A stretch of DNA of 64,000 bases, from NCBI GenBank assembly GCA_964409415.1, contig CAYPDF010000004.1, positions 144,946 through 208,945 on the forward strand. Direction: 5' to 3'. Position numbers and translations under genes: made by a program. This document shows positions 28,971 to 39,092 of this stretch, one piece after another; the first letter of the stretch is position 1, and the number at the start of each line of letters is the position of its first letter. The notes beneath the pieces were generated by a model. That model made no database searches. It saw only the letters and a list, made by a program, of their open reading frames with translations, and was not told where the DNA came from. Source of the DNA: an uncultured Ohtaekwangia sp. Its GTDB lineage: Bacteria; Bacteroidota; Bacteroidia; Cytophagales; Cyclobacteriaceae.

Positions 28971-30671
28971 CTATAATTTGTAGCCAAAGAACTTGCCGTT
29001 GAACTGGCCAAGCAATGCGATGTTGTCTCCCACTAAACTTACTGTTTGGCCGACCATTAACTTAAACATAAAAGTAGCTGAAAACCTGGGCTGGGTGGCT
29101 CCAAAGGGTTGTACGATAGTGATTGGATACTTTACTGAATTGTAAAGTAGACTGAGGGAACCCCCAGCGCTTAAAGTATTATAATAACCATCCACTACAA
29201 AGACATAAGTGCCGGCTTCAGTTGCTGTGAAACTTGTTGCTCCTAGAATATTGAAATCATCAAAATCTTCTGAAACAAAGGGCATAATTTGATCACTAAC
29301 CAATGCACCAGTTAAATTCTGATAATCAAACGTTGCCTTGAAGGCATAGGTAGTTGATATCATGGATGAGAGAATCGCATCCTGGGTATCTACATAATTT
29401 TTTGTTGTGGCATCTTGGGGGTTAGTAGGATTGGCAAGGTTGTTAATTTTATTTCCTCCGGCATCACTTCCTCTCGTCAATACCTGATTTAGGGTTTGTA
29501 ATTCATTGGTAGCATCAGCATCAGCATCATTGATTGAAAAGGATCCACCTCCTGCGCCATTGGCCTGGGTTAAGGTTACGGTGCTTCCTGTCCTGGAAAT
29601 AGTTTGCGCTTCGTTGGTGTTACTATCATCATTAAGCACAATTGAGCCTCCACCAACACCATTTACATTTGTAAGTGTAACAGTTGCCCCTGCCTTACTC
29701 AACGTCTGTGCTTCGTTGGTGTTGCTGGCATCTGCATCTTGTACGTCTACATTAATGGTATTGCCGCTGCTAAGTGTCAGGCTTCGCGTGTTGGCATCAA
29801 CAGATTGTGTGGAGATAGTTTGCAATTCATTGGTTGGGCTGTCGTCATTTAAAACCACCGATCCTCCTCCTGTGCTTAACGAAATATTGCTCCCCGTTTT
29901 GCTTAATGTCTGAATCTCATTGGTTGCGCTTTTATCTCCATCTGAAGCATCCAAATTGTCAACGTAAAGCTTCGTGGTTGCATCTGAGGCATTTACCGGG
30001 GTGCCCAGATTGGTAATTGTTGAATTACCAGCACTATTGCCTTGTGAAAGCACATTGCTTAAATCCTGTGCGGCACCTGCCAGACCACTGAGATCAGCTT
30101 CTTTAGTGCCCCCTGCATCGGTAATACGCAATTTATTATCGGTTCCAAATGTGACTGCACTTATGAGTTCATTGGTGGCATCTTTATCTTCGTCACCAAG
30201 ATTAGTGATCATGTTGTTGTTGATGGCAATGCCATGGCCTGCCTGATATCCATTTCCGGCTCTTTCGGCATAGAGGGCATAGGGCACGCTCATCAGTTGC
30301 TGGCTTCCCATTAATTTGAAGTTGCGACCTCCGTTTTCATCCATCTCCACCTGAAGCCATTTTTTTCCTGCCGTCCAGTTGACGAAATTAAATAAGGTTT
30401 TGCCAGGCTCTCCTTGCCCGATCACGAGGGTAAAGAGTCCGAATGAATTGGTTTTTACTTCGTGAATTTCATCGTATTCAATGTCCCCATTCGCAGACCC
30501 ATTTAATATACTGATGCGTATTGAAATTTCTTTTGATGAAAGTGGCTGACCATCCGTACTTCTGGCCACTCCCTGATAATTAATTCCTTGTGGTGCCTGG
30601 GCAACGGCATAATGACTTAAGAGACTTAAGAAGAAGAGAAAGACCACATAAAAGGTAAAGGTAGTTCTCAT
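28971..30671 (-). CDS. Secreted repeat-rich fibre-like protein with NEIQTL-type repeats and a possible C1q/TNF-like C-terminus
   Basis: Signal peptide; APQGINYQGVAR..QLMSVPYALYA N-domain; ~6 DxDxxxTNExQTL repeats; two DATTKxYVD stalk motifs. Confidence 0.75.
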   Translation of the reverse strand: MRTTFTFYVVFLFFLSLLSHYAVAQAPQGINYQGVARSTDGQPLSSKEISIRISILNGSANGDIEYDEIHEVKTNSFGLFTLVIGQGEPGKTLFNFVNWTAGKKWLQVEMDENGGRNFKLMGSQQLMSVPYALYAERAGNGYQAGHGIAINNNMITNLGDEDKDATNELISAVTFGTDNKLRITDAGGTKEADLSGLAGAAQDLSNVLSQGNSAGNSTITNLGTPVNASDATTKLYVDNLDASDGDKSATNEIQTLSKTGSNISLSTGGGSVVLNDDSPTNELQTISTQSVDANTRSLTLSSGNTINVDVQDADASNTNEAQTLSKAGATVTLTNVNGVGGGSIVLNDDSNTNEAQTISRTGSTVTLTQANGAGGGSFSINDADADATNELQTLNQVLTRGSDAGGNKINNLANPTNPQDATTKNYVDTQDAILSSMISTTYAFKATFDYQNLTGALVSDQIMPFVSEDFDDFNILGATSFTATEAGTYVFVVDGYYNTLSAGGSLSLLYNSVKYPITIVQPFGATQPRFSATFMFKLMVGQTVSLVGDNIALLGQFNGKFFGYKL

Positions 30672-30672
30672 G

Positions 30673-31146
30673 TTAATTTGGAATTTTTATGGCACTAAAA
30701 CTTCCAGATACACCTCCTTTTAGAAAGACCTTGAAGACATACAAACCCTGGCTTAATTCGTCCAACTGAATTCGGTTATCTTCTTTTGGTGAGATGGTAT
30801 CTATTACCCTTCCCCATAAATCAATGATTTGTACGGATGCTATTTGTTCATCACAGCCCACAGCTTCAATGGTCAGATGATCTTTGGCGGGGTTTGGGTA
30901 GTAGGTAAATTTTGTTCCTTCGCACGGCACCCTGAGGATGGGCTGCAAATACCCTTGCGTAATCACCGATGAAGATGAAGCAGAGGTAAGTGTAGTAATT
31001 AGTGGTTCCCCAATAGAGATGGTGATTGAGGAATTTTCCAACAGGAGTTCAAACCCAACAACGTTTGGTACACTGGGTGTATCAAACTGGGCGTAACCAA
31101 ACCCTGGACAGATCGCAGCCAATAGAGCGAATAGATATGACCTCAT
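30673..31146 (-). CDS. Small T9SS type A sorting-domain protein
   Basis: Signal peptide; SIGEP..ITQGYLQP; CTD motifs YPNPAKD and LSQGLYVFKV. Confidence 0.82.
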   Translation of the reverse strand: MRSYLFALLAAICPGFGYAQFDTPSVPNVVGFELLLENSSITISIGEPLITTLTSASSSSVITQGYLQPILRVPCEGTKFTYYPNPAKDHLTIEAVGCDEQIASVQIIDLWGRVIDTISPKEDNRIQLDELSQGLYVFKVFLKGGVSGSFSAIKIPN

Positions 31147-31255
31147 AACTTGTTATAGCATAGCAACTTACAATAAATACTTAAATTATCACATAAGGTG
31201 TAAGTTTTACTGATTTTGAGTAGAATTTACCCGTAAAATCTATAGGGTCACGGGA

Positions 31256-31630
31256 TTAGGTACCTTGTCCGAGGTACAGGCCCAGTAGGGTGGCCGAGAT
31301 ACAGAGAATGAGGCTTAATGAAATATAGATAAGGCTGGCTCCGGTAAAGCCACTTTGGATGAGGGACAATGTCTCTCCGCTAAAGGTTGAAAAAGTGCTA
31401 AAACCGCCACAGAATCCAATGATCCAAAAGATTTTGGCGGATGGAGACATGAGCTGTCGGGCATCTGCCAAGCCAAGAATTATCCCCAGCGCTAAGCAGG
31501 CTATGATATTTACCACCAGGGTTCCAAATGGAAAATAATGGGTGTGCAGGGTGCCGATCCATTTACCAATGGAATAACGGAGGATGCTACCTATCCCTCC
31601 ACCTAAAAAAACCAAAAATGCAGTTTTCAC
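31256..31630 (-). CDS. crcB: Fluoride efflux channel FluC/CrcB
   Basis: GGGIGSILRY, FPFGTLVVN, GFCGGFSTFSTF; GTG start. Confidence 0.93.
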   Translation of the reverse strand: MKTAFLVFLGGGIGSILRYSIGKWIGTLHTHYFPFGTLVVNIIACLALGIILGLADARQLMSPSAKIFWIIGFCGGFSTFSTFSGETLSLIQSGFTGASLIYISLSLILCISATLLGLYLGQGT

Positions 31631-31699
31631 GCCTTACTGTTGAGTTCTATTTTGAAAACTACGGAATAACAAGTACTGAAAGAAAAATTCATATGTAGG

Positions 31700-32206
31700 T
31701 TATTCGATGGATTCTGAAATAATCGCATCCGGGTCTTCCAATTTTGCCCTTTCGGCCATGGAAAGATTAAGTTCCTGGGCAATTACTGACCTGGTTGGAC
31801 GGAATAAAATGAAAAGCACTAAAATGAGCGGAACAATCACCAAGAACAGAATATTTGCAGTAATGAGGGCTGCTACAGAGACAAAGAGCCCGGGGATTTC
31901 TAAAAAGGCTGAACGAATCAGATTGGCGCTGGAGTATTTTTTCATTTTATAAATTAGTGGCATTTCTGGTCTTACGCTTCTCATAAGCATGCGAAAAAGA
32001 ACATAACCACCGGCAAGACTAAATGGAATCACTACCATAATAATTTTTTGAAAAGTGATAGCCAATTCATTGTTTTCAGGTCCCATTTTTCCTAGCTGAA
32101 TCAGATAGAAGGTTACTAAGGCAAACAAAATCATCGCACCAAGTTGTCCGAAGTAAATAATGTTAAGTGTTCTAAAATATTCCTTCGATTTAATTTTTCG
32201 TGACAT
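31700..32206 (-). CDS. Hypothetical membrane protein (4 TM)
   Basis: 168 aa with four hydrophobic helices; overlaps the upstream acyltransferase stop. Confidence 0.75.
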   Translation of the reverse strand: MSRKIKSKEYFRTLNIIYFGQLGAMILFALVTFYLIQLGKMGPENNELAITFQKIIMVVIPFSLAGGYVLFRMLMRSVRPEMPLIYKMKKYSSANLIRSAFLEIPGLFVSVAALITANILFLVIVPLILVLFILFRPTRSVIAQELNLSMAERAKLEDPDAIISESIE

Positions 32207-33011
32207 TTTTTTTTGGCAATTGATTTTCTGAAATCATACACTCCATTGTTTTAAATACTTTTAGTTTTAGTAATGCAGTTTCTTTCAGAGTGAGGTCGCT
32301 GGTTGATATCTCTTTTCCTACGATCACTTTGATAATGCCTGGTTCAATATGAAACTTATTGGGAGGCATAAGCTTACCTGCATTCAATATTACAAGAGGA
32401 ACAATTGGTTGTTTTGTTTCAATGGCAATCCTAAATGCTCCATCATAAAAGGGTTGTAGATGCTCTTTGCTTCTGTTCTGGGTACCCTCAGGAAAAATTA
32501 AAACAGAAATACCCATAGCAAGAATGTCCTTTAGGTGCTCCATGCTTTTGCGCCTACTTTCGTTACTGGATCGGTCTACAATAATGCAAACAGATTGGGC
32601 AATCCAACCAAAAACGGGAATTTTTTTGAGCTCTTTCTTTGCTAACGGTCTAAACTGGGTCGGTATTGTAAGTGTAACACCTGGGATATCAAGATAGGAG
32701 GTGTGGTTGCTCACGTAAATGTAGGCTCTCCTTTTATCTATGTACTCCTTTCCGGAAATATGATAAGGAATGAAATTGAGTTTGCTAAAGGTCCATGACC
32801 AAAGCTTCAAAAACTTGAAACTCACCGCGGCAGCCCTGTCCCCAAAAATAAAGGGAATAAGTATACCCGGTAGATAAATAATCATAAACACCGAAAACAC
32901 GATGAGTACCCAAACCAGGTAAACTTTTAAAAGGATGTAGCGGATAATCTTCAATGAAAGAAACTTTTTAATTTTATAAAAAGCCACATTGCGGCATAAG
33001 GCAAGAAACAA
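32190..33011 (-). CDS. Lysophospholipid acyltransferase (PlsC-like); true start probably downstream of 33011
   Basis: NHTSYLD (HxxxxD), FPEGTQN, FYDGAF. Confidence 0.88.
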   Translation of the reverse strand: MFLALCRNVAFYKIKKFLSLKIIRYILLKVYLVWVLIVFSVFMIIYLPGILIPFIFGDRAAAVSFKFLKLWSWTFSKLNFIPYHISGKEYIDKRRAYIYVSNHTSYLDIPGVTLTIPTQFRPLAKKELKKIPVFGWIAQSVCIIVDRSSNESRRKSMEHLKDILAMGISVLIFPEGTQNRSKEHLQPFYDGAFRIAIETKQPIVPLVILNAGKLMPPNKFHIEPGIIKVIVGKEISTSDLTLKETALLKLKVFKTMECMISENQLPKKNVTKN

Positions 33012-33016
33012 AACTA

Positions 33017-34201
33017 CTATTTCTTTTTTATCAGGGCCATGTAAAATCCGTCAAAACCTTCGGATGGCCAGCAGTATTTCTCTTCTATTAATTCAAATGA
33101 TGGGTTGGAATCTAAAAATTGTCTGACTTGCTCTTCATTTTCTGATGGTAGAATGCTACAGGTGGAATATACCATCAAGGCTCCTGGTTTTATCATCGTG
33201 GTATACTCAGAAAGTATCTGCTGTTGCAGACTTCTGACTCTAGAAATATATTCAGGCGATAATTTCCACTTGGCATCCGGATTTCGCTTTAGTACTCCGA
33301 GCCCAGAACATGGTACATCCAGTAATAAACGATCTGCTGAGTTGGACAGTCGTTTAATGGTTTTTGAGTTTTCAATAATCTTAGTTTCTATATTATTTGC
33401 TCCTGCTCTCCGTGCTCTTTTTCTAAGCTCATCCAGTTTCCATCCTTCGGTGTCCATGGCCACAATACGTCCCTTATTTTGCATCAGAGCAGCGAGGTGC
33501 AGTGTTTTTCCACCAGCTCCGGCACAGGCATCGATCACGCGCATACCGGGTTCTACTCTTAAAAAAGGAGCGATCAGTTGCGAACCGGCATCTTGCATTT
33601 CAAATAAACCTTGCCTGAACGATTGACTACCAAAAATATTCATTCTTTTGGTGAGAAGGAGTGCATGGGGAAATTTTGAATTGGTCGTGGTTTCAATTCC
33701 TTCTTCCATCAATTTTTTCTGAATGTCCCCGGTGCCCCCTTTCAAAGCGTTTGTTCTAAGCACTACCTCGGCCTCATGGTTTAAGCTCTTTATCTCCTTG
33801 GCCCACTGCGATGGAAGCTCTTTATTGCCTAACTCATCAAGCCAATCCGGTATTGACTCTTTGATGGATAGTGGATATTCCTTTTGAAATCCCTCCCGGA
33901 TGGATACAACATTGAGGTTTTTAAACTGATCCCAAACCGGTAAGTCTATTCCCTTCCAAATCAACCAACTGCCCAGCAGGCCCCAATAATCATTGTTTTT
34001 TGAATTTGAAACAGCCATTAGGTAACGATACCAGCGCACAATATCGTAAGTGGTTTCTGCAATAAAGCGCCTGTCACGGGCGCCCCATTTGGGATTTCGT
34101 TTGAATGTTTTTTCGATCACCTTATCAGCATATTGATTGTCCTCAAATATTGTTTTAAGGATACTCACCACAGCTTCTGATAGATTTCGATAAAGTTTCA
34201 C
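33017..34201 (-). CDS. RsmB/NOP2 family RNA m5C methyltransferase
   Basis: QDAGSQ, DACAGAGGKT, DVPCSGLG, YSTCSI..ENE, DGFYMA. Confidence 0.92.
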   Translation of the reverse strand: MKLYRNLSEAVVSILKTIFEDNQYADKVIEKTFKRNPKWGARDRRFIAETTYDIVRWYRYLMAVSNSKNNDYWGLLGSWLIWKGIDLPVWDQFKNLNVVSIREGFQKEYPLSIKESIPDWLDELGNKELPSQWAKEIKSLNHEAEVVLRTNALKGGTGDIQKKLMEEGIETTTNSKFPHALLLTKRMNIFGSQSFRQGLFEMQDAGSQLIAPFLRVEPGMRVIDACAGAGGKTLHLAALMQNKGRIVAMDTEGWKLDELRKRARRAGANNIETKIIENSKTIKRLSNSADRLLLDVPCSGLGVLKRNPDAKWKLSPEYISRVRSLQQQILSEYTTMIKPGALMVYSTCSILPSENEEQVRQFLDSNPSFELIEEKYCWPSEGFDGFYMALIKKK

Positions 34202-34322
34202 TTTCTATTTTTTTTGCTGAAATTTAGGTGTTATTGGTTAGAATCTTAGCGGGGAGGCCGTTCTCCTCATAATAATTATGGATCAGTTTTTCAATCCATT
34301 AGAAATAATTCTAAAGAAATCC

Positions 34323-37136
34323 ATGAGCTCACGAATTCTACTCTTATTCCTTGCAAGTGTTTTATGCTTTTCGGCCTATGGTCAGGAGGATGACTGGACT
34401 AAGTCGTTATTCAAGGGGTTGGGGGATGCAGGGGCCAAAAAGAAAGCAGAACTTGATCAGGTTGATTTCCAGTTTGCTATATCTGTCAACGAAAATGCCG
34501 GCCTGTTTGATGTGGAGCAAAAAGGAGAAGGGTTGGCGAAAGGACTGTATGCATTAAAAGAACGAAGTGACAAAACAAAAGAGGAGATAGCCCGCGATAC
34601 CCTTGAATATGCAATACAATATTATAACTGGAGACTTTATGCAATAGCCGAGGCTTCTTTTCAGGAGGCAAAAAGTTATATGGAAGAAAATCAACTTACT
34701 GAGAATATTAATTATCTAAGATGTTTATCCAATATCGGACTTGTTTACCTGGTGCAGGGAAAAACAGATGAATCCAAACAATATATTGAAGATGCGCTTG
34801 CGCGAAGTGAAAAATCACAAGGCAAGAAAAGCGCTGCCTATGCAGCCAATTTAAACAGTCTGGCAAAGCTGGAACAGGAGCAGGGTAAGTACAATGAAGC
34901 AGAAAAGCAATTTGATGAGGCATTAGGCATCTGCAAGGAAGTATTTGGCGATGTTTCCATGCAAAACGCGATCGTCCTCAACAACAAAGCAATGCTTTAT
35001 CAGGAGTTGGGTAGGTATGATCAGGCCGTGGAACTGATGAAGGCATCAATCATCAATGAAGAAGCAGCACCAAAGAAGGCACTTGAAGGGAAAAAGTCAT
35101 TTGATAGCCGCAGGTTTCAGCTTAATCTGGCTACGATGTACCAACTGTCAGGTGATTTGCCAAAGGCAGAGACCACACTATTGGAAATCAAAAAGATTTT
35201 TGAGAATCGGTTGCAGAAAAACAACCCCGAATATGCGAGCTTATTGAATCAGTTGGGAATGCTTTACATCCAAATGGATAAAATGGATCAGGTGGAAGAG
35301 CTGCTTAAAAAAGCTGTTGACGTTTATAAGAAAAAATTCACAGAAGAAAACGCTTCCTATGCCAGGGCGCTCAATGATCTTGGCAACTTTTATCGCATGC
35401 AAAAACGATTTGATGAGGCTGAAAACGCGTTAACAAGTGCCAGAAACATTAATCTTTCAGTTCTCGGTGCCAATCACCCGGACTATGTAAAATCTGTAGA
35501 GGACCTGGGTATTCTCTACTGGAAAAAAAATGATTTAGCGAAAGCCAAAACCTTTTATGGGGAGGCTATGGAAAAGTCGCTTGACTTTATCAATCATTAT
35601 TTCCCGCCAATGAGTGAAGCCGAGAAGACCAAATATTGGGATGTGCTTCAACCACGGTTTCAAAGATTCTTCAACTATGCCATTGACGCCAGCGAAAGTG
35701 ATGCATCTATTATTTTGGATATGTTCAACTATCAGATTGCCACAAAGGCTTTGTTGCTGAGCGCTACCAACAAGATAAAACAAGCCATACTTTCAAGTGG
35801 TGATAATGAATTGATAGATAATTATCTTTCATGGATTGCCCAAAAGGAAACCCTTGCCAGGTACTATGCCCTATCTAAGGAAGATTTACAAAAGCAGAAT
35901 ATAAACCTTGCTGTGCTGGAGGATCAAGCCAATAATCTGGAGCGAAACCTTTCCGAACGCTCCAAAGATTTCTCAGCAGGGTATACTACAGAGATAGTGA
36001 AGTATGAAAAAATAGCATCGTTGCTTTCAGATGCCGAAGCAGTAGTGGAGATCATCCGGCTCCGGGGTTTTGACAAAAATTTGACGAAAGATTCGAAGTA
36101 TGTGGTGATGGTGGTAAAAAAAGGAGACGCCCTGCCGAAAATGACTGTTATCGAAAATGGAAATCAATTGGATACGCGCTATTCAAAATATTACAAAAAC
36201 GCCATTCAGCAGCGCACACCTGATGAATATTCCTATGATCAATACTGGAGTAAAATTGATCCTTTAATTGCTGGTAAGAAAACGATATACTTTTCTCCAG
36301 ATGGAGTTTATAACCAGATCAATGTAAATACGCTAAAAAAGCCAGATGGGGACTTTGTGCTTAACCGATATGACCTGGTGGTGTTGGGAAATTCAAAGGA
36401 CCTGATTGGAATCAAAAATAAAAAGACTACCCCACTTAAGAAAGACGCTTTTCTTCTTGGCTTTCCCAACTACGGAGGCAGCGCGGTGGCGGCATTGCCC
36501 GGAACAAAAGTGGAACTGGAAGCGGTTTCAAAAATTTTGAAATCAAATGGATACAAGGTCAATGCACTCTCGGGAGGTGAAGCTTCAGAAAAGAATTTAA
36601 AAGCCGTAAAAGGTCCTCAGCTCATGCACATTGCCACGCATGGTTATTTCCTTGCGGATGGTGATGTGGGAAGTGGAAGTGCCGCAGGAGTAAATGCAGA
36701 GAATGCCAAAAGCAATCCGCTACTTCGTTCCGGCCTGTTATTGGCGGGTGCCGCTCAAACTTTGTCCGGCAATGCCATTCCCGATTTGCAAAGCAATGAC
36801 AATGGAGTGCTTACTGCCTACGAGGCCATGAATCTTTCACTGGAGGGGACAGACCTGATTATTTTGAGTGCCTGTGAAACGGGCCTGGGAGATGTGAGGG
36901 CAGGAGAAGGTGTGTATGGATTGCAGCGTGCCTTTCAGGTGGCGGGAGCCAATGCATTGATTATGAGTTTGTGGAAAGTGGATGATGCCGCCACTCAGTT
37001 GTTGATGACAAATTTTTATACCAATTGGATGAAGTCAAACAATAAATTGAAAGCCTTTAAGCAGGCGCAGTTGCAATTGATGACGAAGTACAAAGATCCC
37101 TACTACTGGGGGGCTTTTGTGATGATGGGGGAATGA
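34323..37136 (+). CDS. TPR-repeat CHAT-domain (caspase-like) protein with signal peptide
   Basis: Multiple YAxxLNxL TPRs; CHAT motifs LPGTKVE, HIATHGYF, LSACETG, SLWKVDD, PYYWGAF; likely start ATG 34323. Confidence 0.9.
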   Translation: MSSRILLLFLASVLCFSAYGQEDDWTKSLFKGLGDAGAKKKAELDQVDFQFAISVNENAGLFDVEQKGEGLAKGLYALKERSDKTKEEIARDTLEYAIQYYNWRLYAIAEASFQEAKSYMEENQLTENINYLRCLSNIGLVYLVQGKTDESKQYIEDALARSEKSQGKKSAAYAANLNSLAKLEQEQGKYNEAEKQFDEALGICKEVFGDVSMQNAIVLNNKAMLYQELGRYDQAVELMKASIINEEAAPKKALEGKKSFDSRRFQLNLATMYQLSGDLPKAETTLLEIKKIFENRLQKNNPEYASLLNQLGMLYIQMDKMDQVEELLKKAVDVYKKKFTEENASYARALNDLGNFYRMQKRFDEAENALTSARNINLSVLGANHPDYVKSVEDLGILYWKKNDLAKAKTFYGEAMEKSLDFINHYFPPMSEAEKTKYWDVLQPRFQRFFNYAIDASESDASIILDMFNYQIATKALLLSATNKIKQAILSSGDNELIDNYLSWIAQKETLARYYALSKEDLQKQNINLAVLEDQANNLERNLSERSKDFSAGYTTEIVKYEKIASLLSDAEAVVEIIRLRGFDKNLTKDSKYVVMVVKKGDALPKMTVIENGNQLDTRYSKYYKNAIQQRTPDEYSYDQYWSKIDPLIAGKKTIYFSPDGVYNQINVNTLKKPDGDFVLNRYDLVVLGNSKDLIGIKNKKTTPLKKDAFLLGFPNYGGSAVAALPGTKVELEAVSKILKSNGYKVNALSGGEASEKNLKAVKGPQLMHIATHGYFLADGDVGSGSAAGVNAENAKSNPLLRSGLLLAGAAQTLSGNAIPDLQSNDNGVLTAYEAMNLSLEGTDLIILSACETGLGDVRAGEGVYGLQRAFQVAGANALIMSLWKVDDAATQLLMTNFYTNWMKSNNKLKAFKQAQLQLMTKYKDPYYWGAFVMMGE

Positions 37137-37225
37137 TCACCGGATAGTTTTCGTTGGTGACCGTGGTTGCATAAAGAGAATAACCACACAATGTGTTTTA
37201 TTCTGATGTTGGCGGCAACTTTACA

Positions 37226-37996
37226 ATGAAAATAGAGATCAAGAAAATAATAGCAAAAGAGGTTATAATCCTAACAATATCAGGAACACTTATACTGTTG
37301 TGTTTTGGAGCTACCCGACTTTGGAATAATCGTGTGAACGAACAAATAGCAAAGCTAGACACCATCAAGGTATCTGTAGATAGTATTGAATCGTTTCGAT
37401 CAACTTTTATAAATCTACTAACACCGTCTGACCGAAAACTGTGGGGTGCATTAACGAGTGAAAATTTATTTACAGGCGATTACTCTGAATTTAAGAACAA
37501 ATTTAGCACGGAAGGAAGTATTCTTGTTTTCTTCAACCAACTTAATGGAAATTATTATTCAAAAACATTTAAGGATTTTAAGATTCAGTTTTTTACACCT
37601 AACAATCGAACGAATATATTTCGGTTACTTACAGATTCAGCATATCTAAGCAACGAAGTTTTTTTTAAACATCTAGCTCAAAACAAGGACACCGTATATC
37701 AGCTTATAGAATCAGAGGGTACTTCTAATTTATTAAACATTCATTCGAAAAAAGATTTCTCACAGTTGGTTGATTTGGCCATCGAACACATTACTAAAAA
37801 AATAACTAAAGAAGATATAATTGAAGAGACTAATAGATTGACGGAATCCAAAATTTTGGATTCGACATTGATCAAAATATTTATTATTGGCTTGATTATC
37901 ATTTATCCAATTCGCATACTCTGGTACCTTATTAAATGGTCGTTGGAAATACTAAAACAATCAACAAGATGTTCATGTGCTTCACTGCGTATCTGA
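37226..37996 (+). CDS. Hypothetical membrane-anchored protein, AT-rich (likely acquired)
   Basis: N- and C-terminal TM helices; no recognised motif; likely start ATG 37226. Confidence 0.65.
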   Translation: MKIEIKKIIAKEVIILTISGTLILLCFGATRLWNNRVNEQIAKLDTIKVSVDSIESFRSTFINLLTPSDRKLWGALTSENLFTGDYSEFKNKFSTEGSILVFFNQLNGNYYSKTFKDFKIQFFTPNNRTNIFRLLTDSAYLSNEVFFKHLAQNKDTVYQLIESEGTSNLLNIHSKKDFSQLVDLAIEHITKKITKEDIIEETNRLTESKILDSTLIKIFIIGLIIIYPIRILWYLIKWSLEILKQSTRCSCASLRI

Positions 37997-38238
37997 AAGT
38001 GCGTACTACTCACATAACTTTTTGTGTTTTGCAATTCTTGGGTAGTTCAACAGTATTTGCCTGGGGATATTTTATCTTTCCTCACACAGGCCTGCCTTCT
38101 GAACAGTGCAATGCACAGGGGATGGAGCCAGCGTTGCTTCGCTGATGCGTATTGTAACTTCTTACCTGCCCATCCTGTCTCCGGTTCGTGTACATCAGTC
38201 AATTGGTGTAAACATTTAAATTCTTATATTCGTATCTC

Positions 38239-38263
38239 AATTGTGAGTTAGTGGCTCACATTT
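38239..38263. promoter_or_regulatory. Inverted repeat upstream of abiEi (candidate autoregulatory operator)
   Basis: AATTGTGAG-N7-CTCACATTT between a TATATTCG -7-like box (38225-38232) and the ATG. Confidence 0.45.
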
Positions 38264-38268
38264 AGGAT

Positions 38269-39087
38269 ATGAATAGGGGTATTTCGTACAGATCATCAGA
38301 GCTTTTAGATGGGCTTATCGGCCGGAAAAAAGAATTCTTTACCCTGAAGGATGCATCGGAAATTCTTTTCAGTAAAGACAATACAACTGTAAGAAAGCTT
38401 CTCAGCGATATGACAAAGAGAGGCGTGATTATGCGTATTAAAGAAGGTCTATACCATCGTATTCCGTACGACCAACAACCGGATCAATATTTTCCGAACT
38501 GGCACTTGACTGCGGAAGCCATGGTACAGCCCAAAGAGTACTATATTGGTTTCTACAGTGCCTTGGATATTCATGGCTTAATCACACAGCCATCCATGGT
38601 AGAACAAGTGGTTACACATAAACAGATAAAGCCAAAAGCCCAACAAGTAAAAAATGTTCGGTTTGAGTTTATCACCCTGGCCAAAAAGCGATTCTTTGGC
38701 TACAAAAAACTCTGGATTAGTGACTTTCACAAAGTAAACTGCAGCGACATAGAAAAGACATTTCTCGATTGTCTTTACAAACCAGACTATGCCGGAGGCG
38801 TTGCGGAAATAACCAAGGCATTGTACAAATCAAAGGAAAAGATTCAGGCCACAAGGTTTCAGGCGTACCTGGAAAAATTTAATGCTCAGCCAGTGTATAA
38901 GCGACTTGGCTTTATCATTAATGAGCTTGATCTGTTTCCAGAACTTCGGGATTTTATTACCGGAAAGATTACCTCATCCTATACTCCATTAGATCCGTCA
39001 GTCGACAAGCATGGGAATTATAGCTCAAAGTGGGGCATCATTGATAATATTGATTTTAAAACAGTTCTTGACTCAATAAAAACGTAA
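38269..39087 (+). CDS. abiEi: Type IV toxin-antitoxin AbiEi-family antitoxin (wHTH)
   Basis: N-terminal wHTH (RIKEGLY), YYIGFYSALDIHGL, SDIEKTFLDCL, YKRLGF; directly upstream of an AbiEii-type NTase. Confidence 0.88.
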   Translation: MNRGISYRSSELLDGLIGRKKEFFTLKDASEILFSKDNTTVRKLLSDMTKRGVIMRIKEGLYHRIPYDQQPDQYFPNWHLTAEAMVQPKEYYIGFYSALDIHGLITQPSMVEQVVTHKQIKPKAQQVKNVRFEFITLAKKRFFGYKKLWISDFHKVNCSDIEKTFLDCLYKPDYAGGVAEITKALYKSKEKIQATRFQAYLEKFNAQPVYKRLGFIINELDLFPELRDFITGKITSSYTPLDPSVDKHGNYSSKWGIIDNIDFKTVLDSIKT

Positions 39088-39092
39088 ATCCA

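Noticed and set aside
29400..30200. Nucleotide repeats as a CRISPR array or DGR template
   Set aside because: Degenerate in-frame coding repeats; no identical repeats with spacers and no reverse transcriptase
31631..31699. Fluoride riboswitch upstream of crcB
   Set aside because: No GGxGATGG-type aptamer core visible in the short leader
33105..33626. 173-aa plus-strand ORF and the many similar nested antisense ORFs in the track
   Set aside because: They lie entirely opposite well-supported genes and are typical shadow ORFs
34323..37136. Type III-E CRISPR (Craspase) system
   Set aside because: No Cas7-11, csx30/31 or CRISPR array, and the protein has a signal peptide
37936..38251. Short ORFs between the orphan gene and abiEi
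   Set aside because: Cys-rich, overlapping and motif-less; probably spurious or decayed sequence
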